A stretch of DNA of 62,000 nucleotides from positions 5,684,716 through 5,746,715 of the forward strand of contig MU058337.1 in assembly GCA_013265495.1 (NCBI GenBank), in the 5' to 3' direction. Every line of letters starts with the position of its first letter. The stretch's first letter is position 1. This document shows, piece after piece, positions 25,081 through 37,792 of the stretch. The position numbers and the translations under genes are program-made. The notes under the pieces are model-generated. The model searched no databases, had not been told where the DNA came from, and saw nothing but the letters and a program-made list of their open reading frames with translations. This DNA is from Vicugna vicugna. Taxonomy: Eukaryota.

Positions 25081-26930
25081 TGAACCTCCGGTGTTTTAAA
25101 GATTGCCTGGAGTGAGGCTCAGTAAATATTTGAAGGATAAGTCAGGGAGCTATTTTCCCCGATGGACCCCACCTCCTACTTCAATCTGTTTCAGGGACCG
25201 TGCCTTCATGTTTTGGTCCTAAGACAGGCATCCACTCTTCCCTTTTTGTCTTTTTATCCACAACACCAAGGAAGAGCCTGGTCCATTGTGAGCGCTCCAC
25301 AGATGCTCGAGGAAATGAATGGAGAGCTAAGACTGAACCAGGGGTTAGCACTGGGGGAAACCCTCAAGGGAGGTTTCAGGGGGAAATGAGAAGAGGTGCT
25401 GGAGCGTGGAGAGTGGGCACCAACCCACATGCAGCCACCCTGATGTCCAGGGGTGGGGGTGGGGAGGCTCAGGGAAACGCCTGAGCTGGAGCCTCTTCTT
25501 GAAGAGTTTATCAGACAGTTTAGCAGATGCCTCATGAGCCAGCCTCACCTTGCATTCTGGTTGCAGCTGTGGAAAGAAAAGCAGAGCGGAGGCCAACAGG
25601 GAAGGAGGCTAGAAAGACAAAAGGACGAGACAGCTCATTTTTTGCTGCTGTTATGTGCGTGATTCAGGGTGGCACTTGCAACCTCGATTACAGGATAAAT
25701 GGACGCAGGTACCAGACCCACACGGGTTATCAATTGCTGTGAATGTGGCAGGAGGGGCAGGAAAGAGGGAGATCACAAAATAGCCTGGGCACATGTGTGT
25801 GTGTGGCAGCGCCCTGGCAGAGAAAGTCACCTTAGTGGGTCATGTCTGTTTTATAACGTGAAGCTGCATTGCCAAAGCTATTCATTGCACAGTCCTGTCT
25901 TGTAGCTTTCCAATCAGTTTTAAATTGGCTTGATCAGTCCCCAATAAGAGGACTATTGTGCCAACTTCCTGATGCATGTACCAAGGCATAAATATGTAAG
26001 CAGTTCTGTAGTAGCATTAATTAGCAGCAGGAGCCTGGAAATGCCAGCATAGCACTGGGAAGCACTAATGGACTTGTGCCTCCTTTTCCTGCAGTAGGAG
26101 CAGTCGAGAATCATGCATAATGCAAAAGCACAGGGTGCAGCTGGTAGCAGCAGGCTGGATCACAGGAGATGATTTCAACTTGTTTTTATGATCACAAAGA
26201 ACTACCTTTCAATCAGACCCCCAAAGTAAATACAATCCTACAGCCCTGGAGGGGTCGAGGCGAGTGCAGAATCATAATATATAACAGTAAATATTGATCC
26301 CGCTTAGAGGCCCCAACGCTGGGCTCTTTGTTGATGCTCAATCCATATTCATAGAGTCTAAAGGAGCGCACATGGCAGCGACATAAAGCAGATGCCATCG
26401 ACCATCGTTGGGACTGATTCAGACACGTGGGTGAGCCATTCTCTAGTAGAGGGCTTGTCAACCCAGGGAAGCTGTCCCTGGACGTGCCACCTTCTAATCT
26501 TGAAATTGCTGAGACTCAGGAAAGAAGGGCCACAACAGAGGAAAGCTTGTTTACTGGTGTCAGATCCCCTCCTGGTCATAGAGACTCCGTGGGTCACAGC
26601 ATCTCAGAGGAAAAGAGGAAAACCCCAGCAGTGTCCTCAATGTAACCCACCATTTGTTGCCTTCTTTTCTCAACCACTATGGGTTCGGGGGTTTTTCCCA
26701 ATAGCTTTATTGAGATATAAATCACATCCCATAAAACTCGCACACAAAGTGTATAATTGAATCCATTTTGGTATATGGCATAATTCATTTTTTAACTTGT
26801 GGTAAAATATATATAACATTAAATCTGTTTTAGCCACTTTGGGTAGAATTTTTTTTTTTGAAGTCTAGTTGATTTACAATGTTGTGTTATTTTCTGGTGT
26901 ACAGCATAGTGATTCACATAGTTTTACATA

Positions 26931-27417
26931 TGTGAATGGAAAATATTGCCAGCCATATCAGTAAACAAATGATGCTGCAGCCATCAAGTCATCAGCCAGG
27001 ACTGCCACCCCCGACAGTGAGCAGAGGAAACTCAGGATGGAGACAAGCAAGCAGCCCAGCCTTTGCTGCCACCCCCGGTGGAGCCCCTGGAGGAACTCAG
27101 GATGGGGAAGAACAGGACACTGGCCCTAGGAAGATAAGCTGCACATCAAAGGAATGATTTCAGTGAGCCCAGACTTTTACACCATCCCACGCATAGAAAA
27201 GTGCTAAATTCCTCAACTTGAGATATCTGGCTTTCTTTAATTAACAGTAACATTATAGTGTTCTAACGACCTCGTCTTTTTTGCAAAAGCTCCTATATAT
27301 CCTGGCTCTTCTTTTGCCTCTTCAGAGCAGTCTCTTAGAGTGATCTGAGAGGCCACTTCCTGCTTGAATAAAATATAACTCTCAACTTTCAGGTTGTGCA
27401 TATTTTTTCAGTTGACA
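26931..27417 (+). mobile_element. ERV1-type solo LTR with perfect 4-bp TSD
   Basis: TG...CA, TSD CATA (26927-26930, 27418-27421), TATATAT ~27295, AATAAA ~27367. Confidence 0.9.
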
Positions 27418-27802
27418 CATACATATATTCCTTTGCATATTCTTTTTCATTGTAGGTTATTACAAGATAGTGAGTGTCGTTCCCTGTGCTGTACAATAGG
27501 ACCTTGTTACTTACCTATTTTATATATAGTAGTTTGTATCTGCTGATCCCAAACTCCTAACTTACCCGCCCCCCACAACCGCCCCCTTTGGCAACCACAA
27601 GTTTGTTTTCTATGATGGTGAGTCTTGCTGTTTTGTAAATAAGTTCATTTCTGTCATTTTTTTTAGAGTCCACGTATAAGTGATATATGATATTTGTCAT
27701 TCTCTGTCTGACTTACGTCACTTAGTATGATAATCTCTAGATCCATCCATGTTGCTGCAAGTGGCATTATTTTATTCCTTTTATGGCTAAGTAGTATTCC
27801 AC

Positions 27803-27822
27803 TATATATATATATATATATA
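27803..27822. repeat. (TA)10 microsatellite
   Basis: Read directly. Confidence 0.9.
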
Positions 27823-28892
27823 CACCACATCTTCTTTATCCACTCATCTGTTGATGGACATTTAGGTTGATTCCATGCCTTAGCTGTTGTAAATAGTGCT
27901 GCTATGAACACTGGGGTGCATGTATCCTTTCAAATTAGAGTTTTCTCCAGATACACGCCCAGGAGTGGGATTGCTGGATCATACAATAACTCAATTTTTA
28001 GTTTTTTAAGAAATTTCCACACTGTTTTTCACAGTGACTACACCAAATTACATTTCCACCAACAGTGTAGGAGGCTTGATTTGCATTTCCCTTTTTGTCA
28101 CACCTTCTCCAGCATTTATAGTTTATGGACTTTTGAATGATGGCCATTCTGAGCTGTGTGAGGTGATACCTCACTGTAGTTTTGATGTGCATTTCTCTGA
28201 TAATTAGTGAGCATTTTTATTTTTGGTGGCATAATTTTTATTGCGGTAAAATACATAAAATTTGCTCTTTTAACCATTTTTAAGCATACAGTTTTGTGCC
28301 ATTAAGTACATTTAAACTGTGCAACCATCACCACCATCCACCTCTAGACCTTTTCATCACCCCAGACATAAACTCTCTGCTCATTAAGCAATAACTCCCC
28401 ATTCTCTCCTCTCCCCACCAGCCCATGGTAACCTGGAGTCTCTTTTCTGTCCTATGAATTGGCCTATTCTAGATATTTCATGTGAGTGGATTCACACAGT
28501 ATTTGTCCTTTCATGTCTGGCTTATTTGACTTAGCATAATATCTTCAAGATTCAGCCATGTTGTAGCACGTATTAAAGTTTCATTCTTTTTTATGGCTGA
28601 ATAATATCCCATGATATGTATGGACTGCATTTTGTTTACTCATTCATCAGGTGATGTATACTTCTGTTATTTCCACCTTTTGGCTACTGTGAATAATGCT
28701 GCTATGAACACTGGCCTGCAAGTATCTGTTTGAGTCCCTTTTCATTTCTTTTGGGTATATACCTAAAAGTGGAATTGCTAAATCATATGTTAACTTAGCT
28801 TTTTGAGGAACCACCAAACTGTTTTCCATAGCAGCTGTATCATTTTACATTCTGACCAGCAAAGTCTGACGCTTCCAATACACTTCTTACTT

Positions 28893-28894
<2 letters not shown>

Positions 28895-28926
<32 letters not shown>
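28895..28926. repeat. (TG)16 microsatellite
   Basis: Read directly. Confidence 0.95.
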
Positions 28927-28929
<3 letters not shown>

Positions 28930-29058
28930 AATTATAGCCATCCTAGTAGGTGTGAAGTGGTTCCTTGTGGGTTTGACTTGCATTTCCCTGATGACTAGCA
29001 CCGTTGAGCATCTCTTCATGTGCTTATCGGCCATGTGTATAGCCTTTTTGGAGAAACA

Positions 29059-29456
29059 TGGTATTTAGTTTGCTAGGACAGCCATACCCAAGTACTTCAG
29101 ACAAGGAGCCTTAAACAATAGAAATTAATTCTCTCGCAGTTCTGGGGGCCAGAAGTCAAGATCAACGTGTCAGCAGGTTTGGCTTTTCTGAGGCCTTGCT
29201 CCCTGGCTTGCGGACACCACCTTCTCCCTGTGCCTCCACGTGGTCTTTCTTCTGCACCTGCCTGTGTCCTAACCTTCTCTTCTTATAAAGACCTCGGTCC
29301 TGTTGCTTTAGGGCTCACCCCAATGGCGTCACTTAACCTGAATCAGCTCTTCAAAGACCTTTTCTCCAAATACTGTCGCATTCTGAGGCGCTGAGGGTTA
29401 GCATGTCAGCATATTAATGGGAGGGGGGAGTGGACACGCAAGGCAGCCCGTAACAA
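29059..29456 (-). mobile_element. MLT1B-like LTR
   Basis: 'ttagtttgctagg...cttaaacaatagaaatt...ctccaaatactgtcgcattctgagg...gcccgtaaCA'. Confidence 0.85.
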
Positions 29457-29879
29457 ATAGCAAATGTCCACTAAAATCCTTTGCCCTCTTTTTTAATTGG
29501 GTTGTAACCACTATGAGTTTCAATGCTGAGTACGTGGTTTAATTTTCATCTGGGAGGGGTGAAGGTCGGGTTAGAAAAAGAAAAAGAAAGGTTATTACTA
29601 AGCTTTTGATCTCAAAATGTTTCATGTGACCAGGTCTAAGCACACTCACACTGTCCCGAAGGACATATGTCTCCTTCTCCCCTTAGAGCTCCAGCCACAC
29701 TGTCACTTAAAATAATGCAACACTATCCTTCAGCGGAAAGCCAGAAATCACTCTTTTATGCCTGCTAGACTGTAAACTACTTGAAGGCAAACACTGTTTC
29801 TTATTTAACTTTGCTTCTGGCTCCGTGCTTGTTGAGTGAGTCATAGTCCCAGGCCATAACAGCATTTTTTTTTCAAGTA

Positions 29880-30020
29880 ATACACAATAACCCATGTGGC
29901 AGATATTATTAGCCCCATGCCACAGATGAGGAATTAGGGGCTCAGAGGGGTCCAGCGGCTTGACCAAGGATGCACAGGAAGCAGCAGCAGGAGAATGTGC
30001 ACCTGGACCTAGCCAACTCT
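29880..30020 (-). mobile_element. MIR SINE
   Basis: 'attattagccccatgccacagatgaggaattaggggctcagag'. Confidence 0.7.
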
Positions 30021-31738
30021 TCTTTCCATCTTCTATGATTCCTTCCCCAGCAAAGGGGGAGATAAAATATAAGTGCACTGTAAGTAAGGTACATTCATTC
30101 CAGTGAGATTTCTGACTGGGCTGAGCTCATCTCCAAGAAGTAAATATTTGCCATTGAGAAAGCATCCTTGTCTGTCTTCATAACAGTTTTTCTTCCTTTC
30201 CTTACTCCATAAATTTTTATTTTAGGCCTTGCTAAAATCAAAAGGGATAGAATCTCTGGGTTAGGCTTTGCCTACCAAAGGGGTTTAACAAAATAATGAG
30301 TCAAAAATGAAGTTACTCAGTGTGTTAAAAAAAAAAAAGTCTCCCATCTTCAGGGGTAGAAAAAGCGACTGTCCAATCGGGCAGAATTTCCCCATATTGC
30401 TTCAGTTTTACACATCCACTGACGAGAATCCCCTTAGTTTTGACAGCATAAACCAAAATCACTTTTTCAACTAAGGTTTTCTGATGTCAATCAAAAAAGA
30501 ATAATGTTTTAATTTCTTATGTACTTATGAATTAAATACATAGTACATTAATAGGTAAGAACAAAAGTTCAATCCGCATTCCCTATTCATGCTAATTTTA
30601 ATAAAGACAGGATTTTTTTTTTAATCAGGAAAGATAGGATGGAGGGCAAAGGGTTATGAGACGAAAGTTTCAGTACACCAAGAAACTGAAAACAGTCAAC
30701 AATTATTGTACTTTTTAAAAATTCTCCATCTAAGACAATAATAACAACATTCGCAGATTATCCACACTGGTTTCAGCCCTCTGCTGGTGAGATGAATTTC
30801 TTTCTTTTTTTTTGCAGGCCTGAGCTCTTCTTGGCAATGAAATAAGAAGCTTTTGCAGCCAAGTCCAAGCCCTACCCCAGGGTGCTACGGAGCTGCTTAA
30901 CAAAGGAAAAGCGTCTGGTCCCTTTATGCACCCATGGTGGTAACCTGGCCCATGGCGAATCTAATGAACTCTCCCTTTTCTCATCCGACGAGGTGGAATG
31001 AGTTGTCCTTCTCTAAAGGCACCACGAACCATCAGTCATCAAAACTGTCAGGTACAGAAGGAATCTATCTAAGGAATTTTGCAAATGTTCCATGTTCTTC
31101 CCTTGCTGAGATAATTATCTTTTGAGGAAGGGCATACAGAACCTTGTGGTAACTTGTTTCATAGGATTTGTTCATTCCATAATTTTTTCCTTAAGGGGGA
31201 AGAAACATAATCACATATATAGAATGTCAGTGGAGTCCTTGGTTTGTAAAGAAGAATCTAACCAAGGAGGCCCCAGAACATCTTTTTCTGTCTATATGTG
31301 TTTTTATTTATGCTTTGATTTAGTTTATATCCAACATGCTGGTTGCTCCATGGGGCATAGCCCACCACAGCACTCAGTGGGGTATGTCGGGGAGACACAT
31401 TACACTCTCAGGGCCAGGACCTGTTGGGAGCATGTCGCCAGCTCTGAACAGTTTTATAGACCAAATAGCATCGCTATATCAAAGTCATCTGGTTCTTGGT
31501 TTCTATAGTTCTTCCGTGGGAGATTATTTGGGCGGGCTCAGTAACCAGTAGGGTAAGATTAACTTCTCTGATTAGATTGGACAGTTGCTTATAGTGCTAG
31601 ATCCAAAGGTTGACTTCATGGGTGGGCTTCTAAGAACAAGAATTCTAGAGCAATCCTACAAACAGATTTGGGCTGGGCAGCCAGGCAGTCCCCTTCATTC
31701 TTACTTTCTTACCTATTTCCCCCATGATCCCACCCAAC

Positions 31739-32583
31739 CAGTGGTGTGCTGGTAAATGTTCAACAACAACTCTCCAAAAAATGCACGTATATGTACAAAA
31801 ATGTACTGTCTTTTTAAAATGTATTTGTTTTAAAAGATGTGTAACACACAATTTACAGATGATACAGTATACAATATTCTTCATTGTAAGTTCCCTTTGG
31901 TCAGTTCTTAGCACATCTTCCTTAATCGTTCACCAAATTCTCATATCTCTAGTCAACCCATGCTTTCAGCTCATAAATGAGTGTAGCTTTGACAAGAATA
32001 TTTGTTGATGTTTTCATTGACATTAATGAATAAGGTGAAATAATGAAGATCTATCCTGAAGGCGCATCGGATCGTCAACAACATGATCGATGCCTTTGCT
32101 GAGTCAGATAATGTTCTAATGCTGGAAGAATATTTCCTCAAACTTTTGTGCTATTGACAAAATAGGGATTCAGGATGTGACAGTCTTAAGGCTGACTCTG
32201 CATTATTAATATTTTCCCCATCTCATCTTAAGTCCAGACCTTCATTACACCAATAAATCAAGCCCTAACGTGTAGCAGTTGTCAACTTCCGTGGCAGATT
32301 TCCAGTTAGGAGAGTGACACTGAAGATGGGTGTGGGAAGAGGGGCACAGCAGCATACCATCGTATGCTCTCTGTATCATGTAACCACAAGAGATGTAAAT
32401 AACCTCAAACGTTAGGTAGTGAAATAGGCAGGAAGTGATGAGTTTTTAAATATAACTGACTTAATGATAAATGTACACAATTCAATTTTTAATAATGGCT
32501 TTATTTAACAACCAGTTCTCAAAGTTCTGAATTAAACAATTAGCTCTTGCCAGCTGGTAGGAGCCAGCTCCAGGACACTGCTG
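31739..32583. mobile_element. hAT-Blackjack DNA transposon, MER63-like, both ends present
   Basis: TIRs cagtggtgtgctgg / ccaggacactgctg; 8-bp TSD cacccaac (31731-31738) / cacccagc (32584-32591). Confidence 0.85.
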
Positions 32584-35099
32584 CACCCAGCCCACAAAGG
32601 TCAGGTTGCAACAGCAACATCAGGGAATGCTCTGAACTACAGGTGACAGTACCTGGCTAAGCGTGGCTAGCATGCAGCTCCATAAGGGCAAGGAGCTTGG
32701 TTCACTGATGTCTTTAAAGCACCTAGGGCAGTGCCAAACACAGATGCTCAATAAACATTATTGAATTGAACTTACTGAAATAACAGAAGCATTTAGTTAT
32801 CACTCATAGAATTCTAGACGCAGGTGGTTCCAGAGCTGATCCATCCAGGGCACTGGGCCAACCAGTCTGTGAGGTTCTGGCCTTTTCCTTACGGTCAGCA
32901 AGGTGTCTGCGACAGCCCCACCCCAACAACCCCAGCCCAGCCCCTCACAGCACAGCGTCAAAGGAAAGAAGCGGCAATAACCAGGGACATCTCCTTAAGT
33001 GCTTTCCTGTTTTCTCAAGCAAGTATAACATGATCTGCTGCAAGGAGGCTGAGAAAGCCAGTGATGAGTGATGGGAAAGAAAACTAAGGTCAGGTGTCAA
33101 TATGACAGCCAAATCAGTTCCCTGGATTCCTACCAGGCCAATTCAGTGCAAGGAATCAAGTAGGACAAGCATTTATTTTGGTTCAAGTGTCTTCTGAATA
33201 AGGTCTAATCATCATTCTGGAACTTTCTGTTTTTATTGAGTTTCTTGAAGTACTATTTTAAAGTAAAAATCTGTGATGATGTGTCCTGATTACCAGGTAA
33301 TTTTTTTTTTAGGAAATACACAAAGACAAAGTGTTTATGTACAATCTGACTGCACAAGCTCTCTATCAGATTATCACAAGTCACACTCTGGGATAATACA
33401 CAGAAAAAACAACTCCCACGTAAAAACTCTCTAGTCCACAGAATGTTCAAACACAATAAAATTCCACACGGGATTTGGACCATTCTTTGGAGTATATTTC
33501 CCCGGGTTTTGATCCACATGAGTAGAATTAACAAAGAAAGCAACTGAAAACCATTCACACATAAAATGTTTGTATTCAAGCAACCCGCAGACATTTTGAG
33601 GCGCCTCCTCCCACCCAAGCCGTAGAGAATCCAAGGAAACAAAGGCAGCCTACTTTGGGGTCCCAAGGCTGTGGGAACAGAGTCTGGTCACTGAAGAAGA
33701 TCCTTTCCCATCTGTCACTGTCCAAACACATCTGTGGCAGAGAGACCCTGAGTTCAGGAAAAGGCGGCAAATAAACGTCAGATATAATAGTGTCTGGGGC
33801 TGACTCTTTTCAGACTCAGAAAAGAGTCTTAGGACATCCAACTGCAGCAGACTCTAGAGATTATCTTTTTTGCTTACGTCTAAAACTCTGTTCTGCATGG
33901 TCAGTTCATTCTGGGAAATGGTTTTATACAGAAGAAACTAGGGTTTTTTATTCAAGACTTTTCAGGGATCTTGAGTGATGTAAATCTCAAAGCAAGACAA
34001 CTATAGCACCTAGCTTTTCCGAACATGATGTAACCACGGACACCCCCCCTTTTATTTTGAAGTGGCCCCAGACACAGGGCACAGCATCGGAGGAGACCTC
34101 TACACTCGGTGGTGCAGGAGGAGCAGGAGGAGCAGTGGGCTCCGCGGGGGGAGCCGGGGCAGACCACAGGCCAGCTCCCGGGATAACCGTCTCTGCACAC
34201 TATGCTCCCAGGACCTTGTTCCACAATGAAGATACCCCAGAGTCACTGGATTTTTTGCCAACCAGGTAAGATGGTGGCTTAAAGTTTAATTTAATATAAA
34301 GAAAATGTTTTATGACAGGTTGTCAATCCCTCTTACATGAAACTCATAGAAATTAGACATAAAAAGTAAACAAATGAATACATAGTCACTATTGAAAGGA
34401 AAAGAAACTCTGGATCAAGCAAAAAGTGTGAAGAATCTCTTCAAGTAAGAAAGTAGGCGAGAATATAGAGGGAAAAATGCAGCCCAGGATGAAGGTACGG
34501 GAGTTCTGCTAAAAGCCTGAAGGGTACACCAGACTGAGAGGGGATGGAGCCCAGCAGAAGGAGGCGGCAGCCCAGAGCCACCAAGGTGAGCCAAGCAGCC
34601 CTGAGCATCCCTCCCCCTCCCTGGGCGTGGCAGCTGGCAGCCATGCGGGGTCCGCACCACCCCCAGAGCAGTGGGCACAGGGACTCTGGGAGCCAGAGAT
34701 AGATGGCAGTGTCCTGGTGTGCCTTAAAGACCGGCTGTAGGCTGTCTCATCCTGACACATCACAGGAACCTCTGCCACGCTCACCGAAAAAACAGCGAGT
34801 ACAAGCCTCAGTGGCAGTTCCCACACCCCATCAGCCAGTCTGCACAAATTGTCACAGATCTTGTAACAGGGAGTCTTAACATTAAGGCACATAATGAAGA
34901 ATCAAATATTTGAGGAGCGCTAACATCGTAGAATAGAGGCGGGGAGGGAAATGAATGGAAAAAGGAAAACTAAAGAAGCAGAACGAATAGTGTGATCACA
35001 GACGGCTTTTTTTTTCAGACAACAACTATGTCAAAGGTTTAGGAAATAATGAGGGCAAGAGAATAGGCAGAAAGAACCAATAAAAGCTATTAGGCATTA

Positions 35100-36140
35100 A
35101 TGCTATAGTTACTGAAATTGAAAACTTAATATGATGGGTAGGAAAACAGAATGGGCACAGCTGAGGGGCGAATCAGCTGGAAAATGGAGCCACAAAATTT
35201 GCTCAAAAGACAAAATTAAGAGACATAGTTCAAATCTGGTTCCAACATCCATGTTTCAGGAATTATTGGATCCTAGAGAAACTAAAGTTTAAAGAAATAA
35301 TTGATTAGAAATGTCTAGAACTAAAGAAAGACGTGAGGTCTCTGAAAAAACCCATTACCCAGCAGGATAAATCTTTGATTAATCAGACGCAACTGAGAAT
35401 AGAGAATAGCTAGTTGTATCCACATCGCTTAACTATTGGGACCAAGAACTAAGATCACCTGTTTCAACATGACTTATTTGTTCCAGGAAATCCTCGCCCA
35501 GAGAGATAAGGCTATAAATCAACAAGCAATTGCTGTTTACTTCAGGAAGTTCCTGAAAACCAATTTGTCTGGGCAAATGGTTTGTACATCTGGGCAAACA
35601 GTTTTCCTTTCTGGACAACAGAGTTTACACCTGAGCAAACAGCTCATTTATCAAGCCGTTTACATATTAATTTTTGCTATGAGTGTCACTGCGTCCACCA
35701 AGCCAAAGCTATTTTAGCTTTGCCCAGCCCCAATCAGTTCCCCACCTCGAAAACCCTGCACTAAATCACATGAGCCCTGACCGCCCAAATCCTGTGAAAA
35801 TCTTCCCCTGACCTTCTCCTTCTGAGACATTGCTAAGATCCTCTCAAGGCGGTGGTCTCTTACGGGAATAGGTTTAGCAAACATCTTTGCTTTATCAAAA
35901 AATTACTTTCAATAGACAATTTGGGAGAGCTGGCAGTTGAAAATCCATGGAGAAATTTTATTAAAATAAAAAGAGAAACCTAAAACGCTCTAGAGAGGAG
36001 TAAACTAGTTACCTGAAAGGAAAAAGAATCTGGTTGACCTCAGGCTTCTTGGCAATAGCAGTGGATACAGGAAGACACTGGAGCAATTCTCTTCAGTTTC
36101 TAGAGGAAAATAACTTTGAACTCAAAATTCTATACCTGTA
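35100..36140 (+). mobile_element. Decayed L1 ORF1/HAL1-like fragment, interrupted by an LTR
   Basis: ORF1-type motifs 'gaaattgaaaact', 'aaaggaaaaagaatctggttgacctcaggctt', 'aaattctatacc'. Confidence 0.55.
35394..35941 (+). mobile_element. Ancient ERV1 LTR, MER110-like
   Basis: Starts TGAGAATAGAGAATAG; 'ctttgcccagccccaatc...ttctgagacattgctaagatcctctcaaggcggtgg...ctttgctttatcaa'. Confidence 0.6.
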
Positions 36141-36149
36141 TTCTGTATC

Positions 36150-36777
36150 TTTTATTTTTTATGATTTGTTTATTGAAGTAAAGTTGGTTTACAATGTTGT
36201 GTTAATTTCTGGTGTACAGCATAGAGATTCAGTTATAGATGTGTATTCCTTTTCATATTCTTTTTCATTATAGGCTATTACAAGATATTGAATGTAGTTC
36301 CCTGTGCTGTACAGTAAGTAGGATCTTGTTGTTTATCTGTTTTATATATATAAGCTAGTATCTGCGAATCCCAAACTCCCAATTTATTCCTCCTCCCCCC
36401 CTTCCCCCTGATAACTGTTAAGTTTGTTTTTCCCCCTGGTAACCATAAATTTGTTTTCTATGTCTGTGAGTCTGTTTCTGTTTTAAATAAGTTAATTTGT
36501 GTCATTTTTTTAGATTCCACATATAAATGATATCATATGGTATTTTTCTTTCTCTTTCTGGCTTACTTCACTTAGTATGACAATCTCCAGGTCCACTCAA
36601 GTTGCTGTAAATGGCATTATTTTATTATTTTTTATGGCTGAGTAGTATTCCATTGTATATATACACCACAACTTCTTTACCTAGTATTTGTCAATGGACA
36701 TTTAGGGTGCTTCCATGTCTTGTCTATTGTATATAATGTTGCTATGAACGTTGGGTTGCATGTATCTTTTCAAATTA
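36150..36777 (-). mobile_element. Artiodactyl/camelid L1 3' end
   Basis: 'ggtttacaatgttgtgttaatttctggtgtacagcatag...tttatggctgagtagtattccattgt'. Confidence 0.9.
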
Positions 36778-37000
36778 CTGAGGTCAGCAAACTACGGCCA
36801 GTGGACTAGCCACCTATTTGTATACATAAACTTCCATTGGAACAGGGCTGTGCCTATTCATATTATGTGTTGTCTACATTTATGTAGTGTGGGGCTGCTT
36901 TTGCTCTAAATGGCAGATTTGAGTAGTTGCAACTGAGACCTTCTAGCCTTTAAATCCAAAATACTTATTTGAACCACTAGAAAAAGTTTCCTGGCACCTT
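36778..37000. mobile_element. MER58A-like DNA transposon
   Basis: 'ggtcagcaaactacggcc...ttgagtagttgcaactgagacc...gaaaaagttt'. Confidence 0.75.
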
Positions 37001-37681
37001 CTTTAATGTAAATACATTCACAAATATAAGACCTCAAAGTTTGCTGCCCAATAACCTTTGGAAGAATCACTGAGAAAATTACAGGAGTGGGAAGAAGAGA
37101 GGCTCTAGGAGGAAGAGGTGAGATTTATAAAAGAACAAGTTACAAACACAGAAGTAAAATTCATTGTTACAGATTTTAAATTATTAAATATTTCAGTTTT
37201 AAATAAGATGTCCCATACAAGTAAGGGGAACTAAAAGAGGCAATAAATTTATCATCTTTTTGGTAGGACTGAAGAGGGCAGAGGATAAAGATAATTCCAG
37301 ACAAGGCTCATTAATTCTAGATTATTTCTAGATGATTATTCATTCTAGACAATGTTAAATACATAAGGGGCGTATTAGAAGATTAGATGTGAGATGTATA
37401 CATCTCCAAACTTACATGTGGTAAACATGGAAAAATGAAAAAAAAAGAATACTGATTAACGCAGTTAAGGGCAACTAGAAAGCACAGTAAGAGAAACACA
37501 AATTCAGACAGCAGGATTAAACCCAAACATATGCGTGAAATCACTAGATATAACTCAAATGCTTTTAGTTCAACGTCACATTTGTTACGTGCATACTTCA
37601 TGGCTGGCATTATTATAGACACTGGAGACACAGTTAACACCTCTCATGAAATTTATGGTCCAGTAAAGAAACAGACCAGTT

Positions 37682-37792
37682 GAGGGGAGGGTATAGCTCA
37701 GTGGTAGAGTGCCTGTGGGGTTCTGGGTTCAGTCCCCAGTACCTCCACCAAGAAACAAATAAATAAACAAATCTAATTTCTTCAAAAGAAAG
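37682..37792 (+). mobile_element. Short Vic-type SINE, within an L2 fragment (~37560-38050)
   Basis: GGGGAGGGTATAGCTCAGTGGTAGAG...GGGTTCAGTCCCCAGTACC; TSD aaagaaacagaccag (37665-37679) / aaagaaacagatcag (37793-37807). Confidence 0.88.

Larger units (their letters stand above)
26849..28213 (-). mobile_element. Artiodactyl-type L1 3' portion, split by a solo LTR
   Basis: PolyT start; ORF2 peptides on - strand ([34 protein letters not shown]...CWRRC). Confidence 0.92.
28235..29505 (-). mobile_element. Older L1 (L1MB-like) 3' portion
   Basis: L1MB 3'UTR motifs and ORF2 peptides ([23 protein letters not shown]); interrupted by MLT1B. Confidence 0.85.

Noticed and set aside
34057..34269. Gly/Ala-rich ORF (GGAGGAGGAVG)
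   Set aside because: Low-complexity GGA/GCA repeat with a non-ATG start and no supporting acceptor or homology
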